Part shown: piece by piece, positions 1-11,900 of the stretch | Layout: the number at the start of each line of letters is the position of its first letter | Position numbering within the stretch: the stretch's first letter is position 1 | Assembly: GCF_037042905.1 (NCBI RefSeq) | Contig: NC_087245.1 | Location: forward strand, 29,018,001-29,082,000 | Reading direction: 5' to 3' | DNA length: 64,000 nucleotides | DNA from: Lytechinus pictus | Lineage: Eukaryota | Notes under the pieces: model-generated | Databases searched by the model: none | Told to the model about the DNA's origin: nothing | The model's input: the letters and a program-made list of their open reading frames with translations, nothing else | Position numbers and translations under genes: made by a program

Positions 1-545
1 TGATTTCATCATGAAGACAGTCAAAGATTAACTAAGAATCGAGTTGAAACCAACAGATATTGATAGAATTTTTTTTAATCATATGGTAATCTATTATTTT
101 CAATGACCATATAGTATATCATTAGTCGAGAATATTTAATTTATGTATATGTGAAGCGCATTGAGACTTTGTGTATTATGCCCTATAGAAATGTAATTTT
201 ATTATTATTATTATAGAAGCCACAGAATTAGTAGAAAAAAATACCAGCAACAAAAAGGAGAGGGTAGCTCCAAACCAAGAGGCATCGTAATGACATTTTT
301 GGGGTACATTGTTAGACAACAAATATCAAATGCCACAACAAAGCTCAGGGAAGCCCCTTTACATCATGGAATCACTGACTGCTATCAAACAGAGTCTCAT
401 GTACCGTGCCCAGCAAAACAGAAATGTCCTGAGGACATACTCTCAAGATGGAAAAATAACTGCATTGACTAAACAGATGAAGAGAGTGCGCATCTTCAGG
501 GAGAGTAATCTAGAGAAACTAGAGGAAGGAGGAGATGTACATGTA

Positions 546-2332
546 CACTCCCCTCCAAAAGTTTGGGAACACCTGCCTTCAGTGTGTGTTTTTCGAACTT
601 TGGTAGACTTTACTGAAGTTAAGCCTCATAGTACAGCTGTATTTTTGTTTTAAAGTGAAGGCTATACACAAGTGTACATTTTATCATTGATTCAAACAAA
701 TTCAAAGCTCTTAAGGGACGTGCAGCTGCCAAAGAGGGCAGGCTACCAGTCAAGATGGCATTCTCTAAAAAATGCCTACTTCTTTTAACATTGTTCTGTT
801 TGGGGTTCTTTTCTGAAATTCTTCCCAATATTTTGTGAATGTTACAGCAGATGTCCTCAGAATTTGTTGCTCAGTATTGTTCATAAGACAGTTAATTTAT
901 GGAAATCTGCATCTTTATCCTGGAAAACATCTGAACTTGACAAATGCCTAATCCTTGTTTAAAGAAAATACATGGAAGTGGAGTAGACATCAGTGCAATT
1001 TGAAATTCATGAATTCAAAAGTTATTCAGAGTTTTTTTACACTTATTCCAGTGCACCTTCACTCATTTTGCCTAATCGGTTTTCTTAGTCAGAAGTCAGT
1101 CACAAAATTAAAATGGCTATGACAAGACAGCTTTCTTTGGAAACACGTCAGTCAATTGTAGTTTTGAGGAAAGAAGGCTACTCCATGCAAGAAATAGCCA
1201 GGAAACTCAAGATCAGTATCCATGCGGTTCACTACAGCCTGAAACGCAAAGAAGCCACTGGGTCTAATGAGAACAGGAGACGAAGTGGTAGGCCAAAAAC
1301 AACATCTCCTGCTGAAGATAAATACATTCGGGTGAGCAGTCTGCGCAACCGTTGTCTGACTTGCCCACAAATTACAGCTGGCCTCAACAACACCCGTGAG
1401 ATGCCTGTATGTTCTTCAACTGTTAGAAGACGTCTCTGTGGAGCAGGGCTGATGGGCTGTGTGGCTTCAAGGAAACCACTCCTCAAAGAAAAGAACCGGA
1501 AGAAAAGGCTTGCTTGGGCTAGGAAGCATAAAGACTGGTCTTTGGAGCAGTGGCAGAAGGTTCTTTGGTCTGACGAATCAAAGTTCGAGGTGTTTGGCAG
1601 CAAGCAACGTACCTATGTGAGACGGCGAAAGGGAAAGAAGATGCTACCCCAGTGCATCAAGCCAACTGTGAAACATGGTGGTGGTAATGTCATGGTTTGG
1701 GGTTGCTTTGGTGCAGGAAAGGTAGGCAGCTTGCACAGAGTAGAGGGTATCCTCAACCAGCACGGCTATCATTCAATCCTACAGCGGAAGGCCATCCCTT
1801 CAGGGAAACGCCTGATTGGAGAAGGATTCGTTTTCCAGCAGGACAATGACCCAAAACACATGTCAAGACTATGCAAAGACTACTTGAAGAAAAAGGAAGA
1901 GAAGCAAGTCCTGGAAATCATGGATTGGCCACCCTAGTCCCCAGATCTCAATCCCATCGAGTTTTCCATCGAATTTTCCATATCAGTGAAACACTGAGTA
2001 TTGTTTGATTTTATTTTTGTGTCTGACTTCTGACTAGGAAAAGGAAAAATGAATGAAGTTGCACATGTTTTAGTGTAAAAGCTCTGAATAAAAGCAATAA
2101 CTGCATGTAATAAAAGAAGTTAGCATTTTGAAAGAATGCCATTTTGACTGGTAGCCAGACATTTAAGTGAGTATAAATTTGTTTGAATCAATAAAAAAAT
2201 TTACACTGCTGTATAATCTTCACTTTAAAACAAAAATTCAACTATGCTATGAGCCTCAATATCAATAAAGTCTACCAAGTATATAGAAGCACACACTGAA
2301 TGCAGGTGTTCCCAAACTTTTGGAGGGGAGTG
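546..2332 (+). mobile_element. Tc1-like DNA transposon (DD38E/Intruder-type spacing), inactive, in a TUBE1 intron
   Basis: Terminal inverted repeats begin CACTCCCCTCCAAAAGTTTGGGAACACCTG (546) and end at 2332. TA flanks both sides (544-545, 2333-2334). A transposase ORF lies inside. Confidence 0.93.
1113..1961 (+). pseudogene. Tc1-family transposase with premature stop and truncated C-terminus
   Basis: Paired-like HTH, GRP motif, and WSDESKF, VMVWGCF, FQQDNDPKH and WPP*SPDLNPIE motifs. TAG at 1935-1937 replaces the usual Q. Recognisable coding sequence ends right after the catalytic E. Confidence 0.92.
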
Positions 2333-2749
2333 TACATGTATTGAAGTAAAGGATAATGAAGTAAAGTAATTGAAGTGAAGGATAACGTAATTGAGACTTT
2401 CTTTTATGCTATCCGTGCGTAAAATGCTCTAAACAGGTTAAGAAAAATCAAAACGCCAACTTATGTGTTGAATGTGGTTTATGGGGTCACCTGAAATGTT
2501 TGCCCTTTTTTCAAGAATATCCACTATTTAAATTCCCTTCATCATATGTTTTCTACCTAACACCAAAGAGAATGTAATGTGATGTTTAGACCACCAAAGA
2601 ACACCGAACTGGCATTAAAAAAAATAAAAATTTGGGTCTCTAGCCTAGAGTTAATATTAGGTTCATTTTTATTGTAAAGCAGTAAATGTTACGTAATTTG
2701 ATAATACTTTTGTTTGTATCTATGCACACTCTTTTGGACTGTGACCTAC

Positions 2750-2952
2750 CTGGTGAGATTCAGAAGTAAGTTAGCAACAATATTGTTCATGTGATCGAAC
2801 GGCTTCTCCTGGCCAGCCTTGGTGGCACCTCCTGCCCCCGACACCACGCTGCCTTGACCTTTGACCTGACCTGACCCAGCTGGGTAGGTGCGCTTACCCC
2901 CTTGTTCCTGGGGTTGGGCCTGGTACACCTTCTGGCAGATGTCATAGAGAGC
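2750..2952 (-). CDS. TUBE1: TUBE1 exon 9 (ALYDICQK...EKPFDHMNNIVANLLLNLT)
   Basis: cag acceptor, gtag donor; overlaps ORF 2746..2928. Confidence 0.94.
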
Positions 2953-5900
2953 CTGAAAGAGAAGAAGCGATGATGGATTATTTTACAGGAACATGCATCT
3001 GCCGAATCATAGGGAAATTTAATTATGCAGAATTTGAAAAGGCTTATTTATTTACACATAAATTCTGTCCATCATGCCAGACCGTCGGACTAAAAGCAAT
3101 AAAACACCGGAAAGTATGAATATGACCATACTACAGATCATCATTTTGCTTAAGTTTTCAACAATCCCAAGTTCTAGACTCCTAAAAGGTCTTACTGTTA
3201 AACCCAAACAAACATCCTGCATCATGCTAAAATATACATGTACAGTGGTGCTAAAATGTTAGTGAACCCTACCACAAAATGCACTCCTTCAAGTTGTGTG
3301 TTGCATGTAGACAAAAACAATAAAATGTTCGGCAAGCACAGTGAAACAATCTTTATTGAATGTAATATTTTATCATCTGACATGACAATTAAATAACTAA
3401 ATCATGGCAGAACTTGAACACTTTTAAATATGAGCATTTTCTGGTGGGGTTCACTTACTTTTTAGCACCACTGTATGTATGTTCTTCAAAGTGAACATTT
3501 ATTTTACTTCTGGTTGACGTGGCTTGTTGGTGAGTCTATCATCTTGTTACTCTCAGACCGGTCCAGACTAACCCACACGGATTATTTAACACCCCTAAAT
3601 GCATCATCTGCTGGGAGTCTACTTGTGACTTTTTTTATAAGTTTGGCAATTTCAGTGATTTTATCAGTGCAAAATCTGAAACCTAAGACAATAAATCGTG
3701 TCTCTCAGCCATGATTATTCTTGTACTGAACCAAATTCCAGCCTGGTTCCCCCATGACTTCTCACATTCTTGCCCTTTCAAGACATTGGAACTTATGTGT
3801 TTGTTTGAAATAAAAAAATGAAAGAATCCCCTTATTCTGGGTATTTAGCATATAAGACATGAGGTGAATCTGCCTAGTTGTGTCTTTCACACCAAAGAAA
3901 TCAGGGGCCTGTTTCATAAATACTTACAACTATTGTAACATTGATGGTAACAGGGCTCAGCAGCCAATCACAATCAAGGATTCTATGGAAGTTACAATAA
4001 TGGCAATGTTACAATAATTGTAAGTCTATATGAAACGAGTCCCTGTTCAACATAGGCAAAATTTCACTTAGAAGATGTAAATAACAATAGCATATATCCT
4101 GGTCTGAAAAAAAAATGCCTTAACTGTAATAGGCAATATTATTCCACTTATCGAAGGTTGACTTCAGCAGAGGTCATTGCATGCAGTGTTTGTATCCCCC
4201 TCCACTGGTTTTTAATCAGTGTATAACTGGGTGGGGCCTATGATATGTACGTAAGGGTAAACTTCAGTAGAAACATACCTGATTCTCTATAGGCATAACA
4301 CAGTCAGCGCAATCCGTGAGCTGTCTCATAGCCAGTACACTGTTATACGGGGAAGTGACAACATCATCATCGCTGCTTGGATACACAGCAGTAACAAACC
4401 TGTTTAAAATGTATAATATACAGGATATTTGAACTCATACCCAGCTAGGTAAATTGCAGCACTTACAGGATTTATGTATACTACATGGTGCCCTGATTGG
4501 TCGTTTGGGGCAATGTTAAAAGCAATTATCAGAGATGCCAACCTTTTTTAACAAATGAAACATTCTGAGAAGGAAAAAAAGTATTTTGACAAACAAAATG
4601 AACTTAATTATCTTCTCTTCTTTATATTATTTTTATAATTTTTAAAAATTTCTCTCATTGTAACAAATGCCATCCTGTGGCTGTCAGATGACACATCACA
4701 TGGGACCTGAGCAATCTACAGTACGTGTCGGGTCACTATAAAGGATTGTGCAGGCCCCAAAACTTTTCATTTATGGAAATCAGAACGTACATAATATAAT
4801 AATTGCATATACTCCATGATAAAAATTTCCAAAAAAACATAAGAAAACATGTATACAAAAAACATATTACAATATGCCAAATATGCCCAAAATGGAACAG
4901 CTTAATAAAAGGGGGGAAAAATGCGCAAAGCAGGAATGGTGGGCATCTCTGAAATATTCAGTTAAGGAAGAATTTTCAGAAAAATCAGAGGGAACTTTAT
5001 CAATCAAAAACCTTTCACTGGGAGAGATCAAGATACAAACTATATGTAGACATTACATTTTCAAGAAGTATCACAACCTGGCAATAACATATTATCTGGG
5101 TAAATATGGAACAAAGTATTATCTACAGAAAATGCATGGATGCAAATTATGTTGGAGTTCCATCATGAATTAGCTCAAATGCTCTATCTTCATGGAAAGA
5201 ATTTTCAAAGCTATGATCACGTCTTTCTTTAGGGAAAACTTATTGATGCTAAAAAAAAAATATGCATGTCACAATTAAAACAAAAAGAGAAAAATTATAT
5301 GAAGGATATTCACCTGTAAACATCTGGATATAGATCTTGGAGTTGGCTGAGGACTGCTGTGCCAACCCCAGACCCAGTACCTATATACAAGAGATAAACA
5401 GATAGATCAAGTTCTGATGATGTTTGGTTTGCATGGTGGCATGGACAATCATGGAAGTGGTTTATTGAACATCATATGGAAAGTCCTAAAAAGGACTATT
5501 AAGGCAAGTGGTTGGAGGTAGAATGGATAGGCGAGAAAGTGGAGGTTAGAAAGGAGATTATCTTTTTGGAGCCGACTGTAAACCAGAAAGAGTTGAGAAG
5601 CTTGAGTGGTTGGATAGATGGGAGGCTGGAGTAGTTGGATGGATGAGAGAAGACTGGTTTGAGTTGGAGAGATGAGAAAAGCTTGTGTAGGTGCGAGAAG
5701 GCTGGCTTGAGTTGGAGAGATAAAAGGAGGCTGGCTCGAGTCAGCGGGTAGAGTTAAAGAGCAGGATAGGTTAGGGTAACTGTCTATCTTCAAAATTCTA
5801 TAATCATTAGGTTTTTGTGTACAGTGATCACGTAGGTGTCATAGTCCAAGGGTTGCATATATAAAACAACACGACATGCAGAGGGCAAGTCCTTGGCCCT

Positions 5901-8900
5901 TTGTATTAATTGTTTTACAGTATGAGATGATACAGTGTAGAAGGTAAATGCCTCTCTCCAATGATTTAACAAGTAAATTAGAAAAGAGGAATAGATTTTT
6001 ATTTTAAATAAACAGATGGAAGAGTACCAAAAAAAAAAGAGGTTGTACTCATGTAACCCTATCCTACCCCTCTAAGTCAACAACAAAAAAGAAAGAAATG
6101 TCATATTTAGTGCTCCTACCCCCCCCCCCCTCCCATCCAAATACTAAATACAATATTAGACATAATATATAGAAACATCTATCTTAAAATATTCTATTCT
6201 GAAGAACAATATCAGTATTATGGTTCTGACTCTTGCCTTGTAATCAGATGGGCGTGTGTTCGAATCCCACCATGGCCTCGCGCCCTTTGGCAAGGCGTCA
6301 ATCCACACATTGCCACTCTCACCCAGGTGCTAATTGGGCACCGGTAGGAAACAACCGTCATTGTGGTTGGTTTAGCAAGTGTGCGCCTAACAGGCTGCTT
6401 GAAATGCTATGAATCCAGTGACCGGGTAATGATAATTGTGAAGCGCTTTGAACAGTCGTAGATTGATAACGCGCTATATAAATGCCAAGTATTATTATTA
6501 TTACCCCGTCTGTAGCCCTAACTGCCATTTCCAGCGATGTGAATTTAAGGAATAAATCCTGCTGGGCACCGATTCACTTCACCTGGATTGAGCGTAGCAA
6601 TATTTCTAGCTGGAAAATAAAACATGCCATGGTGGTGATTCAGACCCACAACTCTCTGATTGAAAGACGAGTCAGGGACACCACCCGTCACTGATTACAG
6701 TAAGAATGAGTGTCTCTGAACAATCACCTTACCTCCTCCCATAGAATGCATGATGAAGAAACACTGAAGGCAGTCACAGCATTCTGCTGCCGTTCGGATA
6801 CACTCCTCTAGCTGCTCCTGGTACTGACTACCATACAACTTATGACCCACAGCCCTGCAGAAATCAGAAAGAAAACGCTTTTAAAAGAACATTCTGATTG
6901 GTTTATTGAGCAGTCTACTGAACAAGACACACATGCAACAATGAACTTGATTGGTCGATGCAAATGTAGTAATAGACCTTATGCATATGATGTCATAGTC
7001 TCATAGCACCCTCGCACAGAGGATATAGGAATACATATAAACAGAGTTATTAGAGATGCTCCAGCTGCAGATTACCAATGAATGCAAGTCAATGGCTAAG
7101 ATGGCGGAGCAATGACATCAGTGCATAAGATCTATTGTTCACTAATTTTGTGTTATGGAGCCCATCAGTCTGTAACACAAAGCTTAGCAATCATTTATAA
7201 ATGACTGATTGCATCGACTACGATGTTCAATTAATCTAATAATCAAGCATACAATTAATCGCTTACTTTTGTGTCACAGGTCACTGCTGTTGGAGGGATG
7301 GAAAGGGACACGAGAGGAGAGAGAAGACAGAAAATATATGCAGGGGAAAAAAGAGAAATAGATGGATCAAAATGAAATGGAAAGGGAGGAGAGGAAGAAG
7401 CTAGTTAAAATGCACATGCAACAATGATCTTGGAGTTCTGGATGGATGGATGGAGAGGGAATGCAAGAAAGAGAGAAGAGAGATGATATATATACTTTAG
7501 GTGACAGAAAATAGCAGGATGCAATACTGTAGAGAAGGAACAGTGAAATGAAATGCACATGCAACAATGTTCTTGGAGATATTGGATGGATGGAGAGGAA
7601 ATGCAAAGAGGAGAAAGAAAAGGAAATGATATCCGAAGAGAAAAGAAGATAGTGGGATGACATGGCAGGCCTTCAACTGGTCTTGGTTGAAAAAGTACAT
7701 GTAGAAGAAAATTAGGGGCAAACATTTTTAAAAAGTAGAAAAAAGTAGGAGGCATGCCATCAAAGTAGGAGAATATGATGAAGGAACAGGGAAATGAAAG
7801 TTTTTTTTTAAGATGGACATGCTTAGAGATATAACAGCCAGAGAAAAATGTGCGGAGACTCCGTGGGATTTTGCCCCACAATTGTTCGAAAGAGCCATGG
7901 AAAATAAGCAAGTGGACTGCCTCTAGCAGTTTTGCCTGCATTACGCGATTCAATATAGCAGGAGTGCAGACTTTGAAAACAAATAAGGTGAATAACTATT
8001 CATAAAATACACCATTCATATGGCAATAAAATACCATTGACCTTGATCATGTGACCCAAGACTTGTGCAAGATGATCAGTGATTCTAGATAACTCTTATG
8101 TCCACATTTCATGAACTAGATCCATACACTTACAAAGTTATGACATTTAAAAGCTTAACCTTGGTTTAGATTCCAATGTTGCTTAACCCAACATGGTCTA
8201 AGTTCATTGACCCTATTAAAATGACCACTGACCATGGTCATGTGACCTGCAACTTGGGCAGGACGTTCAGTAATACTCGACTACCCTTAGTTACAGTCAG
8301 TCTGCAAGCCCCTGTGTTAATGAGCAAATGAGCAAGATTTATCCAAGTCCTCTCGTGGCTGAATTCATATTCCTGTAAAATCTCATGAATTGTGAGACTT
8401 TTTTCTCAAAGAATTTAACCATTTTCTCTTCGAGTAAAATTGATTATTCTTGTCCCATGGTAAACATTACTTATTAAAGTAAACGTCTTTTGTATTGCTT
8501 ATTTCTTTTGAATAAAATATTATGATAAATAGTGAATTTCAGGCCTGAAAAGATACCTCAAACAGAGTTTTCTTCTTCTCTTTTCTCTTGCAAATTGTGC
8601 AAAATTTTGTGTATCAGGCACAAACATTATTTATATCATCAGAAAGCTCAAACTCTTTACTTTCATACAATGTTTTGATATGTGACACCTTATAGATGGG
8701 TCAGCAGCCAGCTTTTTCCATCAAGATGCAAGACGAGATTTCTGAAATTTCTGAGTAGCATAAAATCTAGAGTTCCGATTGGCTGAATAAGGTTTTCAAA
8801 ACAGGCGCGGGTAATTTGAAGAGCTTACCACATGGCGAGTGTGACCTTACTGAGGCCCAGTGTGGGGAACATTGGAATTTGCGTGGGTGTGTGGTCTCAA

Positions 8901-11900
8901 TGACCAATCAGAGCGCAGTATTTTTGTTTTTGAGCTGCTAAATGTACTTGGCCTGTGCAAAGCTGGCTGCTGACCCATCTAAAATATCTCTTGTTATAAA
9001 AATTATATCATATTAAAGCTTAGATCTTCACCTTTATCATAATCTAAAAATCATGTGGGCCCAAACAGAAATCAAGTGTAAAAACAACAACTTTTGTTGC
9101 ATGAAAATAATTATTTTGTTTCATGTTTTAGATCATAAGTTTCCCTTATATTACAACATTTTAAAAAAAATCCAAACACATGACCTGAAAGAATGACTCT
9201 TCTCCTTTATAAAGATACCAAAAACATGAAATTTGGTCAATATTTAGAGCAGCAATGGCAGAATAAAAAGAGGTGTTTTGGTCCGCACCAAGCTCATTAA
9301 CAATGCAAAAACACTCCAGTCATGAATATCACTTGTATAAAAGAGGCTACTTTTTCAGAGCTTGCCGACTGACTGCTTATATCCAAGTTTCACGAAACAG
9401 GTCCATATACATGTACTCTCTTAAGTTAAAATGACATTCTCTTAAGTTAAAATGACATTTCAAAAACTAAACTTTGGTAAAAATTTCAATGTTGACTACT
9501 CCGTCGGAAAAGCGGTGCCTATATTCTCGCTCTGCGATGCAGGCAAGATGAAAAGAACCTTAGCCCAAATTCCCCATTCACAGCAATACTAAAACTTATC
9601 CTGTGTTGCATATTTAGAAATTGGTTTCGAAAAATTTCAAAAAATTTCCCTGGTTGGAGGGATGGAAAGAAAATGAGAGGAAGAGGAGAAGACACGATTT
9701 GGATACATTTTTTGCAGTTGAGAATATGGAAGATAGGACAGTAGGCCTATAGTACAAATACGGAGAGGATACCCTTAGGAGAATGTGTGCAGCGGAAAAA
9801 AGGAGCAGAGAAGAAACACAGACCGAGATAGTCATCTTAAATTGAGATCATGAATGATTTTCTTAACTTCATTGAAAACGATCAATAACATTTTAACAGG
9901 AAGATTTTATAACAAACTGATGGGAAATAGATTTTGAAATTTTGTTTAATTTACTATATAAGACAGCATATATGAAATTACCTCTAAATCCATGTTAACA
10001 ACTTCATTAAAAAATCATTTTGTGAAAGCATGCAAGGAGATGAGCGTTATCCTTTTAGCACCTACCAATTATTGCCACAGCCGGAAACATCCGTGAGCAG
10101 CTGTCTGTGATCAAAGACGTCCCTGAGGGAGCCCTTCAAAAGCTCATTGACCACACCCTCCTCCATGTCGATCAACACTGCCTAAAATAGTGAACGTTAG
10201 GAGATAATTATTTTTATCAAGACTTATTTGAAAAAAAAACTGCATGATCAGCAAACTTGCATAGATTCAGAAGATTAGGACCAAGTAATATTTTTTGACA
10301 AGTCTGCCAGTGATATTTTGTTAAAGAGGGTGGATAGTTTTGGTAATTCCTCGAAATTGGCCTGTCACCATTCTAATTAATTTGTATATTATATGAATGT
10401 GTATGTCCTAAAACAGTCGTGATGTGGATGATATGAAATGAAAAGGTGTTTTTCATGATAAATTATGCTCTTATATGTGTGAATTTTACCTTCTCGGATA
10501 TCCCGACAAAGTAATTTCAAAACTGTAACATACCCCCTCAATCACCCAAATCCAGTTATCCACCCCTCTGCAGACACACCACCACCGCTGCCGTGAGTGT
10601 GCTACGCAAGAACGATAATGTAGTCCGCTACATTGCCTTGTCACTCGGTGAACGGCAGAGCAGACTTTATCTAAAAAGCCTTGATCGCGTATCGACATTA
10701 GGATCACCGATTAGTACGTTCCTCACATGCACAACACACAACACCATTCTGTTTTCCTACCTTCCTTACTTGGCTGGCGGGGGCTGGGGCTTGCGAGTAC
10801 ATCCCCTATTGTCCAAGTCTAACTTCCAATATAACACGGGAACAATTTAGAAAAGTGATTTCAGAGTGAACACTACGTCATTTTACAGCACAGCAGTTGG
10901 GAAAAAAAACATTCTTTTTCGGTCATATTCTCCGACTTCCCGCGTTTTAGTCTCGGCTCATATGTTGTTTCAGATTGATGAAAAAAGTTTTATTATGATT
11001 CTGATGAATCAAGAGAAAAAAGGGCAGTGAAACCAACAGAAAGAAACCCTTACATACAAAGGAAATTCCAAGATTATACATCCTGTTTATGTTTTGGAAA
11101 TGCACTGTACTCTCACTAAAATGTTATGTAAACCGTCTTTGGGTAAATTGTGTCTGAATTCATAGACTAGTACAGTACATTATCCACGTTGGTTGCAATG
11201 TCCTTTCTATGTATGCAAGTAGGCCTGGCGGAATTGTATTTACTTGTGTGTGTGTGAGGCCGGAGTGTGTGTAAGCATAGAGCTATATGGTGTAAGGTCA
11301 ACAGCACTGTATGACACCATGAACTGTATAGGCCTACTATATCGATATACTCGTGTGTGTAGGCATACTAGTAAAATGTCATGAAGAGTTCAGTCCACTG
11401 GTCATGTACATGGCGATGAATTACAACCCATTGCTCCTGACCAGTGGTTCATAATACATTGGTCACATTTGTCCTACGGCGGCCGTACGGCGAGTCGAAC
11501 GAAAACAGTCGTTTTATTCATTTTTATTCAAACCATCTATATACATGTATATGTAGCTGGTACAAAAAAAATGTTAAAACTCGCCGTACGGCCGCCGTAG
11601 AACAAATGTGACCAAGGTATAAATGAGTACGTGTCCTGAGATAATTCAATCGAGCTCTAACTAAACCATGCATGGACCTAGTATAACAACTAGCATGTCA
11701 GTGTCAAGTTGCGGAAAACTGGCAATCCTATGGAATTAGTAATGAACTTCATTTTTTTGTAATTAATTATTGGATAAAGTTCTGTACATAATTCAGTTCG
11801 ATCGTATACTTTTCGATAATTGGATGAAGACCATTTCGGGGTGATAACCACTATATCACTAATAAATAGACCTACCAAAAATAATAATGTGCAATATATA

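Noticed and set aside
5449..5793. PTQA-repeat protein ORF
   Set aside because: It arises from a degenerate 24-bp minisatellite within a TUBE1 intron; the TUBE1 exon chain is complete without it.
6220..6295. tRNA gene
   Set aside because: It is the head of a SINE: no complete cloverleaf, and it continues into the SINE core and tail.
10803..10835. VILEVRLGQ*G resembling a tubulin N-terminus (relic duplicated exon)
   Set aside because: Too short and stop-interrupted; indistinguishable from chance.
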